From: an uncultured virus (IMG/VR IMGVR_UViG_3300023179_000063)
Lineage: Duplodnaviria; Heunggongvirae; Uroviricota; Caudoviricetes; Crassvirales
Reading direction: 5' to 3' (one strand)
Length of the DNA: 64,000 nucleotides
IMG/VR virus record: IMGVR_UViG_3300023179_000063
In this document: in pieces, positions 1 to 7,740 of the stretch
Numbering within the stretch: position 1 is the first letter of the stretch
Layout of the letters: the number at the start of each line of letters is the position of its first letter
Position numbers and translations under genes: made by a program
Notes under the pieces: generated by a model
Told to the model about the DNA's origin: nothing
The model's input: the letters and a program-made list of their open reading frames with translations, nothing else
The model's database searches: none

Positions 1-255
1 TTCTGCATTTAATACTTGAAGTTGTTTTACTGCTTCTTCAGCTAATGCTAATCTATCAACTACTTCATCGTCTAATTGATTTAACATTTCACTAAAAAAC
101 TCATAATTTCTATAATAAACATCAACCTTAGTTTTTGCAATATTACGAAATAATTTTAATTCTTCATTAGTTAATTCATTGAAATCCTTTAAAGTACCAT
201 CTTTAAGTTTCCATTTTAATTTTTTTTGTTCGTTTACTGGCAAAGTATCAGTCAT
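1..255 (-). CDS. Hypothetical protein, partial (runs off the left edge)
   Basis: ATG at 255 opens an uninterrupted frame MTDTLPVNEQKKLKWKLKDG...VKQLQVLNAE to position 1; not in the ORF track because it has no stop inside the window. Confidence 0.75.
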   Translation of the reverse strand, partial: MTDTLPVNEQKKLKWKLKDGTLKDFNELTNEELKLFRNIAKTKVDVYYRNYEFFSEMLNQLDDEVVDRLALAEEAVKQLQVLNAE

Positions 256-276
256 AATATTATTGTTTTAAGGGTT

Positions 277-305
277 AAAAAATAGGGAGATTTCTCTCCC
301 TATTT
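277..305 (-). terminator. Rho-independent terminator
   Basis: Minus strand reads AAATAGGGAGA-GAAA-TCTCCCTATTT then a T run, immediately after the stop of the 310-732 gene. Confidence 0.85.
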
Positions 306-309
306 AAAA

Positions 310-732
310 TTAAAATGCTTCAACAGCAGCAATTGTTTGTGCAGCAACTAATAAAATTTTACCACTTGCTTTAAATACTGCTTCTGGTGTTTCACCATCT
401 AATACTACAGCTGTATAAGTTGTAGCTTCTCTAACTTCACCACCATAACTGATAATTTCATAAGCTTCAGTAGTTCCTGATACAATACGACCTGGAATTT
501 CTTTACCTATAAATTTACTTACATCTTTAGGATTTGCTCCTCTCCATTCAGCTAAAGTACCATCTGCATTATGTTGTTGCCAAAATGTTCTTCTTACAGA
601 TTTACCAAATGGATTTGCTGGATTGTTAAATTCAGCTGTGTAATACTGTCTGTTTACTTTACCATCTGATCTTGCTGAACCTTCTTTTTCTGTTTTTACT
701 TCTGATACTGATACTAATCTTAATGTACTCAT
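310..732 (-). CDS. Hypothetical phage protein, beta-rich, possibly OB-fold/ssDNA-binding
   Basis: ORF track 310..789; ATG at 732 (MSTLRLVSV) with an A-rich leader is the likelier start; own terminator suggests high expression; function is a guess from the beta-strand pattern. Confidence 0.6.
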   Translation of the reverse strand: MSTLRLVSVSEVKTEKEGSARSDGKVNRQYYTAEFNNPANPFGKSVRRTFWQQHNADGTLAEWRGANPKDVSKFIGKEIPGRIVSGTTEAYEIISYGGEVREATTYTAVVLDGETPEAVFKASGKILLVAAQTIAAVEAF

Positions 733-977
733 GTTGTTTGTTGTTTTTTTTGTGTTGTTTAATAGTAATCTTTTGGTTGTTACTTTCACCTATTCATCTT
801 TTATAGAAGAGATAATATACTCTTTTAATTTTATTACATCTCTGAACATTACAGATAATAAAATTACCAATAAATAAAGAACTAAATTATTTAAATAGAT
901 TCTTTTCAATCCATTCGTAAATTAAGATTGATATAATCATTACTGCAATACATATTAAAAATATTGTTGTTGACATA

Positions 978-1208
978 TTAATACCTCCTTACTTCATTAG
1001 GAAAATCAACTTTTTCTTTCCAATAATAACTAATAGCAAAACAAAATGTTGCTAATCCTATTGAAAATGAGCATATTACTGCTACTGGTATAGGATGACA
1101 TATTATTATGCTAAGATTTGTTTTGTAAGTTATTACTACATTTTGAAGCAATGTTCCTACGAATATCATTGAAAAAGATATTCCTCCTATTAATGTGAAT
1201 ATTTTCAT
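978..1208 (-). CDS. Small membrane protein (2 TM)
   Basis: ORF track 978..1277; ATG at 1208 (MKIFTLIGG) abuts the upstream stop; two hydrophobic stretches. Confidence 0.6.
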   Translation of the reverse strand: MKIFTLIGGISFSMIFVGTLLQNVVITYKTNLSIIICHPIPVAVICSFSIGLATFCFAISYYWKEKVDFPNEVRRY

Positions 1209-1209
1209 A

Positions 1210-1446
1210 TTAAAATGATTTAAATGATAAACTACCAAAATTAGGACTAGAATTAATAATAGCTCTGATACAATCATCTCTTAATCCAGGTACTGTACCT
1301 ACTAATAATTTAGCTTTTTTTAAAGCTTTCCTATCATTTTCTGTTTTAACAAATATAGTTTTGTCTATATCTATTTTTTGAGAATTGATTTCAATTTGAA
1401 TTTGCTGTTTTCTAATTTCAGCAGTTGCAATTTCACTGTGTGTCAT
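1210..1446 (-). CDS. Hypothetical protein
   Basis: 78-aa ORF in a tightly packed minus-strand run. Confidence 0.6.
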   Translation of the reverse strand: MTHSEIATAEIRKQQIQIEINSQKIDIDKTIFVKTENDRKALKKAKLLVGTVPGLRDDCIRAIINSSPNFGSLSFKSF

Positions 1447-1463
1447 AATTTTATTTATTTAAT

Positions 1464-1946
1464 TTATTTCCAATTTATTTTAGGGCAATGTTTATTATAC
1501 CAAGATGAAGCATAATTTACTATTATATTATCTGTTGCTGTTTCTTTAATTACATATCCTACATCTTTTTTAAGCCAAAAATATCTAATAGTAAAAAATA
1601 TAGCTACAATTATAACAAATCCTCCACAAGTAGCTGCACCCCAATCATAACTATAAGCTCCAAATAACCATAATAAATAATTATATAATGTAAATATTAC
1701 TAAATAAATTCCAGCTATAAAAACATAAGCAGCTATTCCTAATCCTGTTCTAGCGTCAGTTATTTTATTGTGTTCATTATAAAATAAATTAGCTATTACT
1801 GTAGGTATTCTAAAAATAACATTTGGAATAAATAATAATACTGCTACTACTAATTTCCAAAATAAAGGACAAAGATTGTTTGGTACTGATTCTGAATATG
1901 TATAATTCCATAACCATACATACCAACTGTTTAATTTTAAATTCAT
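1464..1946 (-). CDS. Multi-pass membrane protein
   Basis: 160 aa, three long hydrophobic segments, N-terminal NLCPLFW and C-terminal HCPKINW motifs. Confidence 0.75.
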   Translation of the reverse strand: MNLKLNSWYVWLWNYTYSESVPNNLCPLFWKLVVAVLLFIPNVIFRIPTVIANLFYNEHNKITDARTGLGIAAYVFIAGIYLVIFTLYNYLLWLFGAYSYDWGAATCGGFVIIVAIFFTIRYFWLKKDVGYVIKETATDNIIVNYASSWYNKHCPKINWK

Positions 1947-1959
1947 AATTTATTGTTTT

Positions 1960-2130
1960 TTAGTGTGTTAATTGATAATAACTGTTAATGTTGTTGCAAA
2001 AATAATCTGCTTTAATTGGATCTTCTCCAACTATAATTGTTTCAATACCTGTATCTTTAATATATTCTATTGTCTTAGGTATATCATTTCCAAATGATAG
2101 TTGAAGTAATGCTATGTGTGTTTCTTTCAT
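1960..2130 (-). CDS. Small hypothetical protein (56 aa)
   Basis: Read manually: MKETHIALLQLSFGNDIPK...YQLTH; fills the gap between neighbours. Confidence 0.5.
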   Translation of the reverse strand: MKETHIALLQLSFGNDIPKTIEYIKDTGIETIIVGEDPIKADYFCNNINSYYQLTH

Positions 2131-2133
2131 ATT

Positions 2134-2337
2134 TTATTTTGTATTTAAAAATGATAAATCACCAGATATTCCTATATTAAAATAATCACCATAAGAATCT
2201 GCTATATTTTTAGGATAACCATTAGTAATACACCAATCTTTTAAATTAGTAATACTTTTATATTCTTTTTGTGTTACAGATTTAGGAAATCCATATTTCC
2301 ATCCTTCTGGAGGGTCAATTGTTATTTTATCTTTCAT
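2134..2337 (-). CDS. Hypothetical phage protein
   Basis: 67 aa with IDPPEGWKYGFPK...NGYP motif; 4-bp overlap with the upstream ORF. Confidence 0.7.
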   Translation of the reverse strand: MKDKITIDPPEGWKYGFPKSVTQKEYKSITNLKDWCITNGYPKNIADSYGDYFNIGISGDLSFLNTK

Positions 2338-2522
2338 TTTATTTTATCTTTAATATATTGTTTAACTAATTTAGCTGTTTTAGCATTTAATTTATAACAT
2401 TCTGTATTTGATTTAATTTCAAAATAAGTTTGATTTAAATCTTGATTAAATACAAATCCATTATTTAATAAATTAATAGCTGTACCATAAGAAATGTAAC
2501 TGTTAGATTTGTGATTAGTCAT
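2334..2522 (-). CDS. Hypothetical protein
   Basis: 62-aa ORF overlapping both neighbours (translational coupling). Confidence 0.55.
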   Translation of the reverse strand: MTNHKSNSYISYGTAINLLNNGFVFNQDLNQTYFEIKSNTECYKLNAKTAKLVKQYIKDKIK

Positions 2523-2685
2523 GTTTATCTTTATAATAAACTATAGCAATATAATAAGCCATAGCAGATACCCAACCTGTAAAAAAATGTGTTCCGTAAC
2601 TATCTATCATAATTACTTTTGTAAATAGTACTATCATTATAAGCATAACAATTAAAGTAGCTATAAGCCCTATTAAATATTTCAT
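2515..2685 (-). CDS. Small membrane protein (56 aa, 2 TM)
   Basis: Read manually: MKYLIGLIATLIVMLIMIVLFTKV...FFTGWVSAMAYYIAIVYYKDKHD. Confidence 0.55.
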   Translation of the reverse strand: MKYLIGLIATLIVMLIMIVLFTKVIMIDSYGTHFFTGWVSAMAYYIAIVYYKDKHD

Positions 2686-2863
2686 ATTTCTATTTGTTTA
2701 ATTTATTTTATTTAAATGTAATTTTAGAATTGTAAAGTTACGCAATAACAATCAACAGATTCTCTCACGTCTTTACAATTCTAGGTATTACAAGACCTGT
2801 TGATAATTTATACTAGACTTCTAATTTTATCAACCCACTTTTAAGTATGTGGTAACTTTTATT

Positions 2864-3088
2864 TTAATCTATTGCTTTTTCTTTTTTTTGTTCTTCTTTA
2901 ATATGAAATATAACATACATTATTAATCCACATAAAGTAAATAATTCTGCACTTACAAAGAAAAAAGTATTAGCATCTTTGTCAGGATTATTATCTGACA
3001 TTCCTCCTACAGGTATGAAAATCATAGCTGTTAATAATAGTATAATTCCACTGAAGAATACTAAAAGTGATAGTTTTTTGTAGTTCAT
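2864..3088 (-). CDS. Small membrane protein (2 TM)
   Basis: 74 aa, two TM helices with a polar loop and a charged tail. Confidence 0.65.
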   Translation of the reverse strand: MNYKKLSLLVFFSGIILLLTAMIFIPVGGMSDNNPDKDANTFFFVSAELFTLCGLIMYVIFHIKEEQKKEKAID

Positions 3089-3619
3089 ATTTGTTTTTAT
3101 TTAATTGTTTTAAAATTTAATTTCTTTAAAATATTCAGTATTGGATTTTCTTACAGCCAATGAAACCCTTGCAAGTTCACTTAATACTATCTTATCGGTT
3201 GATAGTGGTTCATACTAATATTGTGTCCCCTTTAAGTAAGTCTTACCTTAGCTTTTGCTACAATAAGGGAATAAAATGTAGTCTTTAATTGAATTTTATA
3301 TGTGTTTTCATAATTTGCTTCTGTTTCTATACAACAGATAAGACGTGAATAAAACCTATTTGTTATAGGTAATGATAAAAAACAGTATGATATTACTAAG
3401 TCGTGCTATATCATCAAGTAAGTTTTATTTATACTTAGATTACGTTATACTCCTGTTTTTATTTAATAGGGATGCTTTTTACCTATTTTCAATAGTCTTA
3501 CGGTAATTAACCGATTTACCATCATTTGCCTTATTTTAACACATTATTTAGACATTTTATCCAATCCGTTTAAGGATTGTGTGTATTTTTTTAAACTCTA
3601 CTAATAGAGTTTAATATTG

Positions 3620-3775
3620 TTAATAGCCTAATTCTGCTAAAAAACCATCTGGTGCTGTAATCATAACACTATTCTTTTGGAATGTAGTATTAATTTTTAC
3701 ATTATTATATGATGGTTGTTGCATTATTAAACAAAAGGTTATGTATTCTTCTGGTGTTAATGTTATTGTTTTCAT
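3620..3775 (-). CDS. Small hypothetical protein (51 aa)
   Basis: Read manually: MKTITLTPEEYITFCL...GFLAELGY; followed by a 10-bp hairpin at 3591-3614. Confidence 0.5.
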   Translation of the reverse strand: MKTITLTPEEYITFCLIMQQPSYNNVKINTTFQKNSVMITAPDGFLAELGY

Positions 3776-3885
3776 ATTATCCTTCATTAGTTTGATTTTC
3801 TAAACCATTAAGCTCACATTCGTTTTGTAAATCTTCATAATATTGCGTCATTAAAGTAGAATGAGAATTACAAAGAATTTTACAA

Positions 3886-4287
3886 TCATATATATAAATT
3901 ATATGGATAAACTAATTTATCAAAATCTTCTAAATAATATACTGTTCCTCCATTAAGTACAGTATCTACATTTGGATTATTTGTAAATAAATCAGCAAAT
4001 CCATTATCTTTATAATATTCATTTGCACAATCTAAAGCATTTTTTAGATTATTATATGAAATACAACTATGTGAACCATAACTATGAATTACAACTTTAT
4101 AGATATAACTATCAGGTATTATATCTCCAATATGTAATTTAATTTGTTCTTTTTCCCAATCATTTAAAGGTAAAGATAAATCTAATTCAACACTTATTAC
4201 TGATTTTGTTGTTTCATTATAGGCTGAAACAAATACTCGATTATCTATAAATAGATAAGAATTGCCATTTGGATGTTGTACTATCAT
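3886..4287 (-). CDS. Hypothetical protein
   Basis: 133-aa ORF, ATG with A-rich leader. Confidence 0.65.
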   Translation of the reverse strand: MIVQHPNGNSYLFIDNRVFVSAYNETTKSVISVELDLSLPLNDWEKEQIKLHIGDIIPDSYIYKVVIHSYGSHSCISYNNLKNALDCANEYYKDNGFADLFTNNPNVDTVLNGGTVYYLEDFDKLVYPYNLYI

Positions 4288-4592
4288 TTTGTTTAATATT
4301 TATTTAATTGTTAAATTATTCTCAGGTTGTCATAAAATTTACATAATAAAGGTTACACTATGTAGTCACCTATAATCTACAGCTTGTTTTACAACTAAAT
4401 CAGCAGTTGGCCTGCAAAGCAAGTTATATTGTCAAGAGTATGCCTCTCAAGACTCAACAGAATCTGGGTCTGTTCCAAGTTCACAATATAGTATTTCTAC
4501 TATGTACTGACTTTACAGTTATATTACATGCTAGTGAACTTTTACATTGTAATATAGTTTTGTCCTCAACATCTTGGAAAGAGTTAAGTTTT

Positions 4593-4727
4593 TTTATCCC
4601 TCTGCACTCAGTTGTAATCCACTAATCTTTAGCCACTATTGATAAGTTGGGCCAAGTACCATAATTTGTATATATGGCGGATTACAACTGCTCACCCTTG
4701 GGAAGTGAGTTATGGTGCATTAACAAA
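4593..4727 (-). ncRNA. Twister-like self-cleaving ribozyme (P1-type with a long P5 insertion)
   Basis: Minus strand: UUUGU-UAA-UGCA-CC-AUAA-CUCAC-UUCCCAAGG-GUGAG-[CAGUUGUAAUCC...GGAUUACAACUG]-AG-UGCA-GA-GGG-AUAAA. This gives P1, the L1 UAA, P2, P4, pseudoknots T1 (CCC/GGG) and T2 (CC/GG) and a 12-bp P5, in twister order. Confidence 0.75.
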
Positions 4728-4765
4728 TTTGGAAGCTTAAAGGTTTACCAACCTGAAATACATTA

Positions 4766-4978
4766 CTAAAATATGCTAGGAATAGCAATCCATTGTAAAG
4801 TAATTCCTTGATGTTCTTTAGAAACAATAACATATTGTATATTATCACCTCTTAATAACTTGTTAAAGTTTTTAGTAGTAATAAAATATGTTTCATAACT
4901 GTTATTAAAAGTGAAACAAACAGATGCTTTGTTAATGTGAACTAATTTGATTTCGTTTAAAGATAATGTTTTAAGCAT
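4766..4978 (-). CDS. Hypothetical protein
   Basis: 70-aa ORF directly upstream of the ribozyme. Confidence 0.6.
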   Translation of the reverse strand: MLKTLSLNEIKLVHINKASVCFTFNNSYETYFITTKNFNKLLRGDNIQYVIVSKEHQGITLQWIAIPSIF

Positions 4979-5192
4979 AATTGTATAAATTGTTTTTTAA
5001 AAGGTGATTGAAATGGGAAGAGAAAATGAGTAAGTATAAATTTAAAGTGAGATAATTATAATATTAAAAGGTTACTCATATTTCTATTTTCACCTGATAA
5101 TATAGCTAAATCATTGTATGACTTAACTTCTTCCTCACAATTATTTAACATTAATTTTTCCATAAAGATCTGCATAACAGATAGTAAGGATT

Positions 5193-5222
5193 AAAAAAAT
5201 ACCAATAGTTTCCTATTGGTAT
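5193..5222 (-). terminator. Rho-independent terminator
   Basis: Minus strand ATACCAATAG-GAAA-CTATTGGTAT plus a T run, just after the stop at 5231. Confidence 0.85.
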
Positions 5223-5230
5223 AATTTTAA

Positions 5231-5542
5231 TTAAGCAATGATAAAGGCATTTTTGTACCTACCATCTACATTTACTCCTACTTTCACTACATCGTTTACA
5301 GACATTTTTTGTGCATATTCTTTTACATCAGTTAAAATAGTAGCATCAAAACATTTGCCTTCATAACTAACTGCGATACTGCAAATAGAATACTCTTTTA
5401 AAGGGTCTTTTTTACTTTTGATTTCCTTGACATTCACTTTGTTTCCTATGATTTTGCAATCATATTCCATTTTTTCAATAAAATTTGTTGGGACTGAGGC
5501 CTTAATTTGTGGCTTAGTAATTTCGATTAGTTCTAATGACAT
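5231..5542 (-). CDS. Hypothetical protein, first gene of the leftward unit (possibly OB-like)
   Basis: 103-aa beta-rich ORF with its own terminator. Confidence 0.65.
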   Translation of the reverse strand: MSLELIEITKPQIKASVPTNFIEKMEYDCKIIGNKVNVKEIKSKKDPLKEYSICSIAVSYEGKCFDATILTDVKEYAQKMSVNDVVKVGVNVDGRYKNAFIIA

Positions 5543-5859
5543 TTTTTTAAGTTTTTAAAGGTTAAAATAAATTAAATTTATACTTTGCCGCCTAAGAACC
5601 TACGGAACCAAGCTGCATCGCAGTTCCTCCAGGGGTTGTTATGGGGTAGCAACCATCAACACACTCATAAAATTTAAAAAAAATTTTAAAAAAAAATTAT
5701 ATGCAATAAAATATAAAATGATTGATTTAATTTAAATTATATGTGTTTAAATATAATTCAAACTATATAAGTTTACCTATCATATTTTAGACTATAAAGA
5801 AGGTATTTACTTAATGGATTATAAATCAGCATTTTAACTTGAGATAGTAATACAGCACT

Positions 5860-5939
5860 ATTACTTCAAGTACTACAAGCTATAGTACTGAAGTACTACA
5901 AGCTGCATTACTTGAAGTATCACAAGCTGTAGTACTGAA
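5860..5939. repeat. Iteron-like palindromic repeat array (candidate replication origin)
   Basis: AAGTACTACAAGCT at 5868 and 5891, AAGTATCACAAGCT at 5915 (23-24 bp period); a 33-bp unit at 5860 and 5907; the consensus AGTACTACA-AGC-TGTAGTACT is self-complementary. Confidence 0.8.
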
Positions 5940-6051
5940 AAAGTGTCCACTAATTTATCATGTAAAGTTTTTAAACAATTTATTCACAATATATTAAGTA
6001 TTATTTTTTATAATAATGAAAAATATTACTTGTAGTAATGAAATATAGGAT

Positions 6052-6059
6052 TATCTTTG
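6052..6059 (+). promoter_or_regulatory. Bacteroidota-type sigma-A -7 promoter element
   Basis: TAtcTTTG matches TAnnTTTG, 30 nt upstream of ATG 6090. Confidence 0.6.
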
Positions 6060-6089
6060 TACCATAATTCTGAAGCAAATGAATTTAAA

Positions 6090-6377
6090 ATGTTTAGGTT
6101 TGTTAAAATGATGATAACTGAAAATAAAACTTATATAGATGAATGTAAAACAATGAGTCAAATTCATGTATATAATGAACTAATTAAAAATATGGATGAA
6201 AATCAATTGTGGTTTTCTAATTCTACTTCTAGGATAAAGATATGTGATAGTTTAAATTTATCAGATGGAAGAGTTAAGGCTATTGTTAAAGAATTAACTG
6301 ATTTAGGATTATTGCATAAAAAGATGAAAGGTATTTATTTAATATCTAAGGTATTTGTATCAACAACAAAAGAATAA
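6090..6377 (+). CDS. RepL-like winged-helix DNA-binding/replication protein
   Basis: HTH-wing pattern ICDSLNLSDGRVKAIVKELTDLGLLHKKMKGIYLISKVF resembles the RepL family, which is known in crAss-like phages; ATG 6090 is preferred over TTG 6057. Confidence 0.65.
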   Translation: MFRFVKMMITENKTYIDECKTMSQIHVYNELIKNMDENQLWFSNSTSRIKICDSLNLSDGRVKAIVKELTDLGLLHKKMKGIYLISKVFVSTTKE

Positions 6378-6378
6378 T

Positions 6379-6633
6379 ATGACATTAGAAGAAAATTTAA
6401 AAAAAGTAATTGAAATGAATCCTTATGAAATTAATATAAGGTTTGTTAAAAAGAATTTAGATATATTTGATCATCCTAACTATAAATTACAAAATGATGA
6501 TTTGCATAAAGTAGAAGATATTAATTCTAGTAATCCTGGATTTGAATACCATTTATTAATTAGAACAGAATCAGGTACTTATAGAATAGGAAGCAATGTT
6601 TCATTTCCGCCAATAAAAGAATGGTATAAATAA
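6379..6633 (+). CDS. Hypothetical protein
   Basis: ORF track 6355..6633; ATG 6379 follows the RepL-like stop. Confidence 0.6.
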   Translation: MTLEENLKKVIEMNPYEINIRFVKKNLDIFDHPNYKLQNDDLHKVEDINSSNPGFEYHLLIRTESGTYRIGSNVSFPPIKEWYK

Positions 6634-6655
6634 TATAGAAAATAATATAATACAA

Positions 6656-6937
6656 ATGAAAATTAATATGGAGAACAAACGATTTTATAAAGTAATTGGA
6701 AGTGTAACAAATGAGAATAAAAAATCTTTACGGTTAGAAAAGAATCAAGTAATAAAAATATTACCAGATGGTAAATGTTTAGTAATAGAAATACAAGAAA
6801 CTGAGTTTGAAATGTGTCTTGAGTTTTTACAAACAACAGAAAATGATGATTGGATGAAAGAACAACTTTTAAAACATTCTATAGCAGTTTTAAAATATAC
6901 TCCTTATTTAGAAATAGAAAAATTAAAAATAATATAA
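6656..6937 (+). CDS. Hypothetical protein
   Basis: 93-aa ORF in operon. Confidence 0.6.
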   Translation: MKINMENKRFYKVIGSVTNENKKSLRLEKNQVIKILPDGKCLVIEIQETEFEMCLEFLQTTENDDWMKEQLLKHSIAVLKYTPYLEIEKLKII

Positions 6938-6942
6938 TTAAT

Positions 6943-7368
6943 ATGAAAGAAGAGAACAAAATAAAATCAAAATTATCTATAGGCTCTGATGGAGTCCTTA
7001 CAGAAGTTAAGTTTAAAGAAGAAAGTAAATTTGAAGGTATTCCTAATTTAAAAGGATTTAGATTACCGTCACCTAACAGGTTGTTACTTAGACCGTTACC
7101 TCAAGAAGATGTAACTTTACCTTCTGGTGTAATTATTCCAGCATCAGCAGCTGAATATAAAGCTGTTGTAGCTTGTTCTCATCATAATTCTCCATATAAA
7201 AAAGGAGATGTAGTTGCTGTAGATGTTAATATGTTTCCTAATTTATGGGAAAATGGTAGAGAAACTCAATATAAAAACATTCCTATAGTGTATATAGAAG
7301 GAGAAGAAGTTTTAATTACTTACGAATCACATATAATTGGATGTTATGGACAACGAATTGAAGAATAG
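6943..7368 (+). CDS. groES: Phage co-chaperonin, GroES/Cpn10-like
   Basis: PSPNRLLLRP, mobile loop TLPSGVIIP, AVVA, KKGDVV, IEGEEVLITYESHIIG follow the Cpn10 pattern; ATG 6943. Confidence 0.75.
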   Translation: MKEENKIKSKLSIGSDGVLTEVKFKEESKFEGIPNLKGFRLPSPNRLLLRPLPQEDVTLPSGVIIPASAAEYKAVVACSHHNSPYKKGDVVAVDVNMFPNLWENGRETQYKNIPIVYIEGEEVLITYESHIIGCYGQRIEE

Positions 7369-7597
7369 TTTAAATGAAATAGGTATTGAATTGCCTGATG
7401 AGTTAACTGAAACTTTAGATAAACATTATGCTATTCCTTATGTTACTTTTGAAGATGGAACTAGATTATTTAAATCTTATAATCCTGAAAGACAAACTAT
7501 TGCAGGAGAAACATTTGAAGAATATAAATTTAGAAGAAAAATAATGGTTAAAGGGTTAAAGATTAGGAAGCAAGAAGGAATAAAAGAAACTAAATGA
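7346..7597 (+). CDS. Hypothetical protein
   Basis: ORF with PER...GETFEEYKFRRK motif. Confidence 0.6.
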   Translation: MDNELKNSLNEIGIELPDELTETLDKHYAIPYVTFEDGTRLFKSYNPERQTIAGETFEEYKFRRKIMVKGLKIRKQEGIKETK

Positions 7598-7740
7598 TAA
7601 TCAAGCTATTCCATACTGAACTTGAAGATGCTTTGATAACGTCAAATACTTTTTTAGATAAGTATAAACATTACAATATAGATGTAGAAGATTATATTTA
7701 TGTTGTAGAAAAAGGATTTTTACTTATTTTTGTAATATGA
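7594..7740 (+). CDS. Small hypothetical protein (48 aa)
   Basis: Read manually; ATGA overlaps with both neighbours. Confidence 0.5.
   Translation: MIIKLFHTELEDALITSNTFLDKYKHYNIDVEDYIYVVEKGFLLIFVI

Noticed and set aside
3130..3180. Hammerhead ribozyme suggested by a stem followed by GAAAC
   Set aside because: No CUGAnGA core precedes the stem on either strand
4407..4625. 72-aa plus-strand ORF from the track
   Set aside because: TTG start, antisense to the local gene direction, and overlaps the structured RNA and ribozyme; likely spurious
5860..5939. Possible mini CRISPR array
   Set aside because: The period is only 23-24 bp, with no unique spacers of CRISPR length and no cas genes; better explained as iterons or operators
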